A DNA stretch of 64,000 nt from Longimicrobiales bacterium (GCA_965248195.1 CBDFIQ010000001.1:544001-608000), one strand, 5' to 3'; positions 49,760 to 59,667 are shown, counted from the first letter of the stretch. Notes: generated by a model not told the origin, from the sequence alone. A program made the numbers and translations.

Positions 49760-50532
49760 CTCCCTCAGCCGCTCGGGCCGATCCGGCTCGAACGGGATCG
49801 GTTCCAGCGATACGACCGGTCGACCGTGGATAGGGTGAAAACGAGCCTGCCCTGACTCGAGATCGCACGTCCAAAATCCTTTCTCTTCGGCGGCTTCCTC
49901 CCAAGGCGTAGCCCCCACACGCTCGAGTGCGCCGGCGTAGTGGACGCCGGGCAGAACCTCGCGTCGAAAATGTTCGTGCCCCAGCGCCACGTAGTCCCAA
50001 TCACCCGAGTCCAATGAGAGTAGGGCACCTTCATCCTTGTCCACTGATCCATAACCCACGAGCACATTCCATCGCGCATCCGGGTTCGGTACGACCACCG
50101 GCCTGGGTCCATGGACCGTGGATCGATGGGGAACGAGGACAACGTTCAGATTCAACTGTGAGTAGTGCACGGACCGGGTCGTCGCGGTCACGGCCTCGAC
50201 GCCGGCCAGCGTATCGAACGCACCGAGGGGACCGGGATCCGCAGGACCGGGCGGTGTGTCCCGGGCGCCTGCTGCCATCAGGACGGGCGTATCGGGGAGA
50301 GCCTCTCTCAAGGATTGCAGCCCCTGGGCAAGCGCTACCAGTGCGGAGTGAGGGGGTTCGGGCCGGTCGAACACGTCGCCCGCGACGAGAACCACGGCCG
50401 GTGCGATCTCGAGGACCCGCTGGATCGCCTGGTGAAACGCACGAGCGACGTCGGCTTCGCGGACATTTCTGCCCTGCTCCATATGTCCGAACGCCCGATA
50501 ACCGAGGTGCAGATCTGATAGGTGCGCGATGA

Positions 50533-51183
50533 TCACGGCGTCGCGGGCCCCGCTGCATGGAGGCCCTCGGAGGGGTCGGATTCTACGACCTCAACCGCCG
50601 CAATACTCTCTTCGAGGGGCTTCAGGACCCAGCCCTGAAGACTTGCGGTCCCCGAAAGAATGACGAGCAAGAAGAGCGCGAAGGAGGGTACTCCAACGCC
50701 AGAGAGGGCACCAATGCCGGTCACCAACACGCCGGCGGCGGCGCCGAGGGATGCGAGCGCACCGTCACCCGTCAGGCCCGCCATCATCCGCACTGTGCTT
50801 ATGCCCCTCAAGAGACGGCCGCCCGCATAGAGCGGGAGGCCGGCAAGCAAGGCGAGCCCGAGCGCCTGCGTCACTGGTGACGCTCCGAAGCCCGCAAAGA
50901 ACGCCCACGCGAGCGCGAACCCGGCCGCGCCAAGAAAAGCTAGCAGTGCAGACAGCCACCGTCTCCGAAGTGATTCCACCGCGTTACTCCACTCCCTGGG
51001 CGGGCTACTCATGCCCAGGCCCACGCCGAACGCCCCCAGCTCGATCGCCACGATCAGCGTCAGCGATCGAAGCAGTCCCTCACCGGAGTAAAGCAGAAGA
51101 GCGACGGCAACGGTTCCCGATGCCCCCGCCGCGAATCCCGTGACGAACGCTGGCGCCCCCCCCAAAGCGTTCCTCAACGACAC
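50533..51183 (-). CDS. Multi-pass membrane hypothetical protein
   Basis: About six hydrophobic helices; GTG start after a GGGAG RBS; stop overlaps the sbcD-like start. Confidence 0.7.
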   Translation of the reverse strand: MSLRNALGGAPAFVTGFAAGASGTVAVALLLYSGEGLLRSLTLIVAIELGAFGVGLGMSSPPREWSNAVESLRRRWLSALLAFLGAAGFALAWAFFAGFGASPVTQALGLALLAGLPLYAGGRLLRGISTVRMMAGLTGDGALASLGAAAGVLVTGIGALSGVGVPSFALFLLVILSGTASLQGWVLKPLEESIAAVEVVESDPSEGLHAAGPATP

Positions 51184-51273
51184 GCCCAACTCCCTCGGCT
51201 CCCACCCTGACCTACCGTGCCGCCTTGACACCGAGCCTTTGATTTCCCCCGTGAGCCGAGATAACTTTTCCGC

Positions 51274-52284
51274 ATGAACACAGTCCTCCAAAGGCTCCCG
51301 CTACTCGGGATTGTAATCGTCGCTTCTGGCTGCGACAACGTAGAATGGGGCGGCGTGGAGCTGGGGCTGCGTTCGCCGTCCGATGGCCCGGTTTCCGAAG
51401 CCTCAGCAGAAGTGGAGGAGGTCGTCGAGAACCCCGTTCTGGACAACCCGCCGATGGGGCCGGTCCTCTACCTGGGTCACCGAGCCGGGGGGGAAGCGAT
51501 TCTAGTCGCCGTAGCGGAGATCCGGCCCGACGGTCTTTCCCTGCTGGAGGGGGTCGGCTCCGTCGAAGCGAGCAGATCGTTCATGGCCGAACACCTTACG
51601 CCCGGCCTGGAATTCACGCTGTTTTCCGACGGGGCACGGGTCGGCAGATTGACGGCCGAGAGGTTCTCGGTGGACGGGAGATATTGCAGCGTGCGACCCC
51701 AGATCCGGGGCCCCATCGAGTTGACGCCGGCCGCGGCGACGGTCCAGAGGTTTCTCGCCCTTCCGACGCGGGAGGGGAGCGCCTTCGAGTACGGGGCCTA
51801 CTCTCCGGTCGTCCCGACCCGGGACCTGCGGGTAACTTCACTCACGACTATGCAGCAGGTCATTCCCGCCGTCGGTGCACTATGGCCCGTATCAGTGCTC
51901 GGCATCCGGCAGGACGTCCAGATGTTTCGGGCCCGGTCCGGCGGGGCGCCGACCGTGGTCGCAACCTTCGTATACGCCGACGATCTCGGCGTGGGGCCGG
52001 CGGCCGTTGGAGCCTACTCCGTCTTCCTCGCCTCCGACGACGACGGGACGGGCTACAGAGGCACATATGTGGACTACCGGTTGTTCTCACGTGACGGAAA
52101 GGGTGCCCCACGCTATTTCGACCACCTGGACGTCGACGGGGACGGAAGCGACGAAGTAGTACTCGAGGTCATGGGCGAAAACTCCATGTGGCTCTCCACG
52201 CTGGGTCGGCAGGGAGAATCTTGGGTGGAGGAGTACCGCGACCCATGTGGGCTTCCGCCTGGGTCTCCAGAGCCGGCCCGCTGA
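51274..52284 (+). CDS. Hypothetical lipoprotein
   Basis: Lipobox VASGC; C-terminal DVDGDGSDE Ca-binding/FG-GAP-like loop. Confidence 0.75.
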   Translation: MNTVLQRLPLLGIVIVASGCDNVEWGGVELGLRSPSDGPVSEASAEVEEVVENPVLDNPPMGPVLYLGHRAGGEAILVAVAEIRPDGLSLLEGVGSVEASRSFMAEHLTPGLEFTLFSDGARVGRLTAERFSVDGRYCSVRPQIRGPIELTPAAATVQRFLALPTREGSAFEYGAYSPVVPTRDLRVTSLTTMQQVIPAVGALWPVSVLGIRQDVQMFRARSGGAPTVVATFVYADDLGVGPAAVGAYSVFLASDDDGTGYRGTYVDYRLFSRDGKGAPRYFDHLDVDGDGSDEVVLEVMGENSMWLSTLGRQGESWVEEYRDPCGLPPGSPEPAR

Positions 52285-52292
52285 CGCCGTAA

Positions 52293-52597
52293 AGAAGGCT
52301 GCTGAAGGAGTACAGCGGGTCGCGCACAGGGCGCTTGTGCGCGTTCAGACAAGGAACGACGACGAGGCGTAGCGACGCTACTCCGAGGAGGAGAGACGCA
52401 GGATCAACCGCACAACCGCCCTGTGCCCACGACCATGAAGGGCATGATCTTACACGTTGAAGGGTTGCGGTGGCACGACCCCATCTCCGTTGTTGGAGCT
52501 CCTAGCCATAGCTACGGCTATGGCGTCGTCGCTCCGCCTAGGATATGGGACCGTGGCATCCGCAACGCGGCCCACTGTACTCCTTCAGCAGCCTTCT
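52293..52597. repeat. 305-bp structured non-coding element with 32-bp terminal inverted repeats (MITE/REPIN-like)
   Basis: AGAAGGCTGCTGAAGGAGTACAG(C/T)GGG(T/C)CGCG at both ends, inverted (30/32 match); two internal stem-loop arms. Confidence 0.85.
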
Positions 52598-52610
52598 AGG
52601 CGAGCCAGGC

Positions 52611-53507
52611 ATGCGGCGGTCGGTCAACTGGTTCCTCTTAGCGACCCTGGTCGGCTGCGACGCGTTCTCTGGCCAACGGGTTCCCGCCGGGGCTGAGCAG
52701 CCCGAACCCTCGGGGGCGAGTTACCCCTTCCAACTGGTAGACGCCGCAGGCGTGCGACACACGTTCGACACCGCCCCCCGAAGGATGGTGTCTCTGGTCC
52801 CGTCGGCCACGGAGGCGCTTTTGGCGATGGCCCTGGCCGATCATCTGGTCGGCCGAACCGACTACGACCGCATGCCCGAGCTCGCCGGTCTGCCATCGGT
52901 GGGCGGCGGCCTCCAGCCTAACCTGGAGATCCTGGTATCTCTCGATCTCGATCTCGTCATTCGCTTCGCGGGTGATTCCGACCTGGCTACCGCCGAACGC
53001 TTGACTGAGTTGGGGATTCCCCACTTCGCCGTCCAGCCCGACGGCATAGAGGATGTTCTGTCCATCATTCGCGACCTAGGAAGGATTACGGATGCGTCAG
53101 GCGTGGCCGACGCAATGCTCCGTGAGATCCGTGACGCCCTCGACGACGTGGCTCGCCGCGTGGACGAGTTGCCCGAGCCCCGCGTGGTTTACCTCCTGGG
53201 CGGCGATCCCCCGTGGGTGGCCGGCCCGGGTACCTACATCGATGAGCTCATGGCGCTCGCTGGCGGGAAAAACGTTTTCGCTGACCTGGCCACGCTGTAC
53301 GCTCCGGTGAGTATGGAGGCTCTCCTCGATCGGGATTTAGACCTCATTCTCCTCTCCAACGGACTGACGCCCCCAGCGTCCCTCGCGCATGTGGCGAGCG
53401 CTGTTCCACCGGCCTCCGTGGAAATTCCCGGGCCTGGGCTCGGACAGGCCGCCCGGGACATTGCGCGCCTGATTCATCCTGGAGCTTTCGACGAGAGTCC
53501 CCGATGA
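52611..53507 (+). CDS. ABC substrate-binding lipoprotein, BtuF-like (cobalamin/iron-chelate)
   Basis: Lipobox LVGC, RMVSLVPSATE, VGRTDYD, AGGKNVF, PGP. Confidence 0.88.
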   Translation: MRRSVNWFLLATLVGCDAFSGQRVPAGAEQPEPSGASYPFQLVDAAGVRHTFDTAPRRMVSLVPSATEALLAMALADHLVGRTDYDRMPELAGLPSVGGGLQPNLEILVSLDLDLVIRFAGDSDLATAERLTELGIPHFAVQPDGIEDVLSIIRDLGRITDASGVADAMLREIRDALDDVARRVDELPEPRVVYLLGGDPPWVAGPGTYIDELMALAGGKNVFADLATLYAPVSMEALLDRDLDLILLSNGLTPPASLAHVASAVPPASVEIPGPGLGQAARDIARLIHPGAFDESPR

Positions 53508-54517
53508 AGCCCCTAGCCTGGTCGGCCCTTTTGGGCCTCGCCGTGGGCCTGGGCTTCTGGCTGAGCATCCGCCTCGGCTCGGTGGACCTTACGACTGGCG
53601 AGGTGCTTACGGCTCTACGTGGCGAGGGCGACGTTAATGTTCGGCGGATTGTGGTGGATCTCCGCGCCCCCCGAGCGGTGATGGCGATCCTGGTTGGGGG
53701 GGGACTTTCGCTCGCAGGAGCCGTTTTCCAGGCTCTGCTTCGTAATCCGCTTGCCGAGCCCTACATCCTCGGAATCTCGGGGGGAGCTGCCACCGGAGCG
53801 GTCCTCGCCCTCGCGATGGGCTTGACGGCCTCCCTTTCCTGGGCGCTCCCGGCAGCCGCCTTCGCGGGAGCCCTAGTCGCGATCGTTCTCGTGTTGAGGG
53901 TCGCCGCCACGGCTGACTACGGCGTGGACGTGCGCATACTGCTTCTAGCCGGAGTGGTCGTGGGGGCTTTCTTCACTGCCTGCATGTCCTTCGTCCTCTC
54001 GATCTCAGACGCACGGACGGTGCGGAGCGCGGTCCTCTGGATGATGGGTAGCCTCGCGGGCTCCGACTGGCCCACTGTGGTAATGGTCACCCTCTACACT
54101 CTCCCAGCGGCGATCGCGCTCCTGGGTCTGGCTCGTCCGCTGAACCTTTTGGCGATCGGCGAGGAGACCGCGGGTTATCTCGGAGCCAACGTGGAGCGTG
54201 TCAAACGCGTCGCTTACGTCCTCGCGTCGCTCCTGACCGCCGCCGGAGTGGCGGCCACAGGGGTCATCGGCTTCGTGGGCCTGATCGTGCCCCACGGGGT
54301 TCGGCTTCTCGTCGGTTCCGACTACCGAGTCCTCCTTCCGCTGTCATTCCTCGCGGGAGCCGTGTTTCTCACCCTCGCCGACGTCGTAGCCCGTACCGTC
54401 ATGCCGCCCGCCGAGGTGCCGATCGGCGTCATCACCGCGTTCGTGGGAGTCCCACTCTTTCTTCTTCTGCTGCGGCGCAGCATGGGCGCCCGACTCGGTG
54501 CGGGGATCCGATCGTAA
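53504..54517 (+). CDS. FecCD/BtuC family permease
   Basis: LRAPRA, LLRNPLAEPYILGISGGA, GFVGLIVPH, EVPIGVITA. Confidence 0.93.
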   Translation: MKPLAWSALLGLAVGLGFWLSIRLGSVDLTTGEVLTALRGEGDVNVRRIVVDLRAPRAVMAILVGGGLSLAGAVFQALLRNPLAEPYILGISGGAATGAVLALAMGLTASLSWALPAAAFAGALVAIVLVLRVAATADYGVDVRILLLAGVVVGAFFTACMSFVLSISDARTVRSAVLWMMGSLAGSDWPTVVMVTLYTLPAAIALLGLARPLNLLAIGEETAGYLGANVERVKRVAYVLASLLTAAGVAATGVIGFVGLIVPHGVRLLVGSDYRVLLPLSFLAGAVFLTLADVVARTVMPPAEVPIGVITAFVGVPLFLLLLRRSMGARLGAGIRS

Positions 54518-55390
54518 ATGCCGACCGATTCCACGGAGCTGGCGAATCCGAGCGAATCCGCGGCCCTCGAGGCGACCGAGCTGACGGTCCACTATCCGCA
54601 TGCGCCCGCGCCGGCACTCGATTCCGTAACCATGCTCGTGCCGCGGGGCACCTTCTACGCCGTTTTGGGCCCGAATGGCTCGGGGAAGTCGACGCTACTT
54701 CGGGCGCTCCTCGGAATGGTGCCGCACGCTGCGGGTCAGGCCCACGTGTCCGGTCGGCTGGTCTCGAATTGGGATCGGCGAGCGCTGGCGAGGGAAGCCG
54801 GTGTGGTCACGCAATCGGAATCGGTCGCCTTTCCCATCACCGTGAGGGAGCTCGTGGCAATGGGGCGCTACCCTTACTTGGGAGCCCTCCAGTCCGAGAC
54901 GCCCACCGACCGGGAGGCCATATCGGAGGCGATGCGCATGTGCGACATCGAGAACCTGGCCAAGCGATTCCTCTCGACCCTGTCTGGCGGCGAACTCCAA
55001 CGGACCAGGGTGGCTCGGGCACTCGCACAGGAGCCCAACGTGCTGGTCCTGGACGAACCGACCGCAAGCCTAGACGTCCGCCACGAGATGGAAATTCTGG
55101 AGCTGCTCAGGGCGTCGGCCGACCATGGCATGACCATTTTTCTCATCACCCACCATCTCGACCTCGCCGCCCGCTTCGCGGACCGATTACTCCTCTTGGA
55201 TCGTGGAAGAGTCGCCGCCGAGGGCGAACCACGAGAGGTCCTACATGAAGAAACGCTTCAGCGTGTGTACGAGTGGCCTATCTCGGTCAGCCACGACCCG
55301 GCCACGGGCGTACCACGCGTGACACCGCTGTCCAGCGCTTCGCACCCGAATCCGGATCAAGAGGCTGACTCCTCATACAAGGTTCGGTAA
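54518..55390 (+). CDS. ABC ATP-binding protein (BtuD/FepC-like)
   Basis: GPNGSGKST, LSGGELQR, VLDEPT. Confidence 0.93.
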   Translation: MPTDSTELANPSESAALEATELTVHYPHAPAPALDSVTMLVPRGTFYAVLGPNGSGKSTLLRALLGMVPHAAGQAHVSGRLVSNWDRRALAREAGVVTQSESVAFPITVRELVAMGRYPYLGALQSETPTDREAISEAMRMCDIENLAKRFLSTLSGGELQRTRVARALAQEPNVLVLDEPTASLDVRHEMEILELLRASADHGMTIFLITHHLDLAARFADRLLLLDRGRVAAEGEPREVLHEETLQRVYEWPISVSHDPATGVPRVTPLSSASHPNPDQEADSSYKVR

Positions 55391-56256
55391 CTCTCGAACC
55401 GGCCCGGGTCGATGGCGCCTTGATCCAACGCCTGCCGTACGGCGCAGTCGGGCTCGTGGAGATGGCTGCACTCCCTGAAACGGCACGAGGGCATCAAGGC
55501 GCGGAGTTCCGGAAAGCAACGGTCCAACTCCTCCCTGGGTACGCCCCAGACTCCCACGTCGCTGAACCCCGGTGTGTCCGCCACCCATCCCCCGCAACGG
55601 AGTTGGATGAGACTGGAACTCACGGTCGTGTGCCGGCCCGTACCGCGCTTCCGGCTGAGCTCGCCGGTCCTGAGTGCGTGCTCCGGCTCTAGCGCGTTTA
55701 CGAGACTCGACTTTCCAACGCCCGACGGACCGGCCAGTGCAGCGATCCCCTCACAGAGCTGCTCGGCAAGCTGTTCCATGCCTTCACTCGCGAGCGCGCT
55801 GACCCGAAGTACGTCATATCCGAGGGGCAGGTAAACCTGCTCGAGTCCTTGCGCCACCTCGGCGGCACCGTCCAGGTCCATCTTGTTGATAATGATAACT
55901 GGCGAAACGCCACCCGACTCACCCACAACGAGAAGACGGTCGATAAGATCCCTACGGGGCTTCGGCTGAGCCGCAGCCATCACGACAAGCAGCCGATCGG
56001 CGTTGGCGACGAGAACCTTGATGGTCCGGCCCCCGAAACGGCTGCGGGTGATCGAGGTCTCCCTCGGAAACACCTCCTCGATGACTTGAGCCCCGTCGCC
56101 AAGCGCGTCGACGCGAACCCGGTCACCGATCACCACCTGGTCCCCCGCTCGCTCCTCGAGCTTCAGCCGACCCCTCAAGGAAGCCGCGACGATGTCACCC
56201 GACTCCAGGGCCACCGTATAGACACCGCCTCTGACCCGGCGGACCATCCCGTTCAC
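55357..56256 (-). CDS. rsgA: Ribosome small subunit-dependent GTPase A
   Basis: Circularly permuted GTPase: NKMD, GPSGVGKSS, GRHTT, DTPG; Zn motif CRFRECSHLHEPDC. Confidence 0.96.
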   Translation of the reverse strand: MNGMVRRVRGGVYTVALESGDIVAASLRGRLKLEERAGDQVVIGDRVRVDALGDGAQVIEEVFPRETSITRSRFGGRTIKVLVANADRLLVVMAAAQPKPRRDLIDRLLVVGESGGVSPVIIINKMDLDGAAEVAQGLEQVYLPLGYDVLRVSALASEGMEQLAEQLCEGIAALAGPSGVGKSSLVNALEPEHALRTGELSRKRGTGRHTTVSSSLIQLRCGGWVADTPGFSDVGVWGVPREELDRCFPELRALMPSCRFRECSHLHEPDCAVRQALDQGAIDPGRFESYRTLYEESAS

Positions 56257-56282
56257 GAGGTTTTACCGCCTGGCCACCTCAC

Positions 56283-56334
56283 AAAAAAAAAGCCCCGCCC
56301 CCCGCGAAGGCCATCGGCCTCACGGGGGCGGGGC
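56283..56334 (-). terminator. Rho-independent terminator of the sigma factor gene
   Basis: GC-rich stem GCCCCGCCCCC...GGGGGCGGGGC followed by T9 on the minus strand, 15 bp after the stop. Confidence 0.85.
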
Positions 56335-56349
56335 GTCCCTCGCGGAACG

Positions 56350-57249
56350 TCACGCGGCGAAGGACTCCAGCGCATCTCCCTTGCCACCCTCACGGAGCCG
56401 CCGAAGTGCACGATCGCGGAGCTGACGAATGCGCTCGCGTGTAACGCCAAGCATATTGCCGATCTCCTCCAACGTGTGTTCACGCTCTCCCTCGAGCCCG
56501 AAATAAAGGCACAACACCTTAGCGTCCCGAGCCTCGAGCATCGTCAGCGCAGACCCTACCGTCTCGGTCAAAAGCCTGCTCTCGACGTCCTGCTCGGGCT
56601 CTGCAGCCTCTTCGGAAATGAAGCGCTCCACGAGCTGAGAGTCCTCGCTGTCGCCGATGGGCGCGTCCAGCCGGATCTCTGCGGCGTTGAGTGTCTGCAA
56701 CGACTCAATCAACTCCGGCGTCAGATCCGTGGCGCCACTCAATTCGTCGGACGTGGGTTCCCGGTTCAGCTCCTGCTTGAGGCGCTCCTTCTCCCGAAAG
56801 ATGCGCGCCAAGTCGGAAGCGCGATTGAGCGGAACACGCACAGCCCGTCCGTGGTTCGCGAGCGAGGCCAGAATCGCCTGGCGAATCCACCAAACCGCGT
56901 AACTGATGAACTTCACGCCCTGCTCAGGATCGAACTTCCGGGCCGCAGTGACCAGCCCGACATTCCCTTCCTGAATCAGGTCCGTAAGGGCAACGCCCCG
57001 GTTCTGGTACTTCTTCGCCACACTGATGACGAATCGAAGATTGGCGCGGGCGAGCTCCTGGATAGCGTCCTGGTCGCCCTTCTGGGCCAGGGCGCCGAGT
57101 TCCTTTTCCTTGTCGGGAGTAATGAGCTCGTGCCGGCTGACATCCCTCAAGTACTGGTCGAGAGCCGTCTTCTCCTCGATGCTGGCGTCGAAACCGGCGA
57201 GGGGGTTCCCACGACCCTTACGCTTCTTACGCGTGGTGCCCGTAGCCAT
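56350..57249 (-). CDS. RpoD/SigA-family sigma-70 factor lacking region 1.1
   Basis: ANLRFVISVAKKY, DLIQEGNVGL, ISYAVWWIRQ, TLEEIG...TRERIRQ. Confidence 0.95.
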   Translation of the reverse strand: MATGTTRKKRKGRGNPLAGFDASIEEKTALDQYLRDVSRHELITPDKEKELGALAQKGDQDAIQELARANLRFVISVAKKYQNRGVALTDLIQEGNVGLVTAARKFDPEQGVKFISYAVWWIRQAILASLANHGRAVRVPLNRASDLARIFREKERLKQELNREPTSDELSGATDLTPELIESLQTLNAAEIRLDAPIGDSEDSQLVERFISEEAAEPEQDVESRLLTETVGSALTMLEARDAKVLCLYFGLEGEREHTLEEIGNMLGVTRERIRQLRDRALRRLREGGKGDALESFAA

Positions 57250-57571
57250 CGAAATTTATCTCCTAAACCTGTTCCGGTTTGAAGTCGGATTCACATTTTC
57301 GCCGCAGATTTGCCTAGCGTAAAATCTACAGCCATGAAACGTACAATCTTACTCCGGTCTTGTCCACACTTTCTCATCACCTCCGGCGGGGGACCCGGCG
57401 AAGCGTCTCCAATCGGCGCCGCAGTGGACGACCACCTCATCTTAACCCCGTATATGTCCATGGTTCCCTGCCTGATACAGAGGGCAGGCCATGGATTATC
57501 CCCACTTTTGCGCAAGGGTGCCCCCCGACCCTAGGTTCGGCTCCCCGACCTTTCTAAAGTACGGAGCCCTT

Positions 57572-58321
57572 TTGAAACTTCGATGGCAAGCCGCCGGTGT
57601 TTCCGATCCCGGACTCAGGCGAAGCCGGAATGAGGACACGCTCGTTCTCGATCACGCCGAAGGCGTTGTGATCGTTGCGGACGGCATGGGCGGGCGGCCA
57701 GGAGGAGAATACGCGTCCTCTCTGGCCGCAGAGGTTATTCAGGCGCATCTGTCGTCGCCGGAGGAATCGGTCGGCGAACCACGTGACCGAATGGCCGAGG
57801 CAATCTCCTCGGCCAACCTGAAGGTCTGGGAGGCTTCCGTCGCCGACCCGGCACGCCAAGGCATGGGTACCACCGTCACCGCGCTTGCGCTCATTCGGGA
57901 CGCGGCACGCTGGATCATCGGCCACGTCGGCGACAGTCGCGGATACGTGTTCCGGGACGGAAAGCTCCGGCGGATCACACGGGACCACACGGTGGTCCAG
58001 GACCTGTTGGAGTCGGGTGCGATTACTCCATCGTCAGCGGCCGATCACCCGCTCAGCCATCTCATCAACCGGGCCGTTGGCACGGAGAAAACGGTACGAG
58101 TGGACATCTTCCAGGGAGACGTGTTGCCCGGCGACATCTTCCTGCTCTGTACCGATGGCCTGGCGGGGTTGATGACGGACGATGAACTAGAGGACGCACT
58201 CGACGGTCTGGCGGTCACCGGCCTCGACGAAAAAAATGCGGAACTCGTAGCCCTCGCCCATGAGCGGGGGGCCCCCGACAACGTTACCCTGTGTTTCCTA
58301 GCAGTGGAGGACGTCGCCTAG
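57572..58321 (+). CDS. PP2C-family Ser/Thr phosphatase (Stp1/PrpC-like)
   Basis: RNED, VADGMGG, MGTT, HVGDSR, TRDH, CTDGL, DNVT; TTG start after GGAG. Confidence 0.93.
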   Translation: MKLRWQAAGVSDPGLRRSRNEDTLVLDHAEGVVIVADGMGGRPGGEYASSLAAEVIQAHLSSPEESVGEPRDRMAEAISSANLKVWEASVADPARQGMGTTVTALALIRDAARWIIGHVGDSRGYVFRDGKLRRITRDHTVVQDLLESGAITPSSAADHPLSHLINRAVGTEKTVRVDIFQGDVLPGDIFLLCTDGLAGLMTDDELEDALDGLAVTGLDEKNAELVALAHERGAPDNVTLCFLAVEDVA

Positions 58322-58381
58322 GGTCCGCGCACGTCTGCGGCTGCCTCCGGCGACCCCCCCTCCGCGTTGTGTTGGCTTTTC

Positions 58382-59518
58382 TTATCGGCCGTCGAGCCGG
58401 AGCCCCGCCCCTGCCGCAACCTCGCGGATGCGCGCCGCCTGACCCGGGTGGGCGGTCGCGAGCTCCATGAGCCTCGTGCGGACGCCCTGCTGCTCCGGCG
58501 CCGACAGGTCCCCTGCCGCGGCCGCAGCTTCCCGTACCGCACCGAGGCAGTCGTCCTCGTAAACGATCTCACCGCAGTTGGCAGTGAGGTTGGCTAACAC
58601 ACCAGCGATCCTCGGACGCTCGGGCGCATTCGCGAACCGTTGATTCGCCGCCTGAATCTCCGCTTGGGCACCGCGGCGGATGTTGGCCCCTTCAGTGCCT
58701 CCTTGGAAGCACATGAAGTCGGGGCGGTCCCCCATCCAGCGGAGCGGGCCGCATGCGATCTTACCGGCCGCTTGAGCCGCTTCCACGACCTCGGTGATCA
58801 GCATCTCGTACTGCGGATCACCCTGACGATAGCCCGAGAAATTGCCCAAATCTCCTGACGCGGCGAAGAGGCCGTCCACGCCGGGGACCTTGGCGATCTC
58901 GCGAGCGTTCTGGACCCCTTCCAGGGTCTCGATCATGAGGAAGAGCACGACGTTCTCATTCCAGGTGGCACGGTAGCCGCCGGGGACTTGGCCCCACATG
59001 CTGTTGCTGAACGCTTGGCCCCCTCCATTACTGCGTCGGCCCAGCGGTGGGAAATAGGTCCACCCCACTGCACGCTTCGCCTCCTCGACCGAGTCGACGG
59101 TCGGCACGACGATGACCAGGGCCCCCATATCCACGGGCTTCTGGACGTTGCCCTCGCTCTCGTGGGCGATCCGCACGCCCGGAACCGCCGGCCTCGGACA
59201 GGCGAGCCACATACGAGACACCTGTTCCATGGTCATCGCTTCATGCTGCATCTCGATCCACGTGAAGTCGTAACCGGCCGAAACGGTGGAGCAGTAGGTC
59301 CGGGGATCCGTGGCCCGGATCGTGCCTCCGATGACCGGCTCCCCGGCTTTGATTTTCTGCATCACAGGATTCCAGATCGGGACCTCCCCATCGCCCTCGT
59401 TTCGCGGCCCGTAGTCCCAATCAGCGGGATCGAAATTCGAGCCTACTTGCGCTTGGGCCACCGAGGCGCCCATGGCCAGCATCACGCAGACGCCAGCCGA
59501 GATGATAGTCCTATTCAT
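58382..59518 (-). CDS. HpcH/HpaI aldolase-family protein with signal peptide
   Basis: Sec-type signal ...SVAQA; WIEMQHE, FPPLGRRS, MIETLEG, SGDL. Confidence 0.85.
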   Translation of the reverse strand: MNRTIISAGVCVMLAMGASVAQAQVGSNFDPADWDYGPRNEGDGEVPIWNPVMQKIKAGEPVIGGTIRATDPRTYCSTVSAGYDFTWIEMQHEAMTMEQVSRMWLACPRPAVPGVRIAHESEGNVQKPVDMGALVIVVPTVDSVEEAKRAVGWTYFPPLGRRSNGGGQAFSNSMWGQVPGGYRATWNENVVLFLMIETLEGVQNAREIAKVPGVDGLFAASGDLGNFSGYRQGDPQYEMLITEVVEAAQAAGKIACGPLRWMGDRPDFMCFQGGTEGANIRRGAQAEIQAANQRFANAPERPRIAGVLANLTANCGEIVYEDDCLGAVREAAAAAGDLSAPEQQGVRTRLMELATAHPGQAARIREVAAGAGLRLDGR

Positions 59519-59667
59519 GGCCTTCGGGCTCCTATTCGTTACGGGTACACGCACGGACCGACGCGTTCGGACGTTGCTGATCGGAGAATGGCCCGACCGG
59601 CAAGATGCTCGGGTGATCGGGGAGGAGCAAGCGACGCGGTCATGCTCCGCCGCAAAGGCCGCCACAC

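Larger units (their letters stand above)
48075..50536 (-). pseudogene. SbcD/Mre11-like metallophosphoesterase gene interrupted by IS256
   Basis: HLSDLHLG, AGDVFD, YVALGHEH. Removing the IS plus one target copy rejoins ...DRPERLRE|RVREVLVEVP... in frame (358 aa). Confidence 0.88.

Noticed and set aside
52285..52610. Cobalamin riboswitch upstream of the Btu-like operon
   Set aside because: No B12-box or conserved core recognised; the region is filled by the inverted-repeat element. An Rfam search would be decisive.
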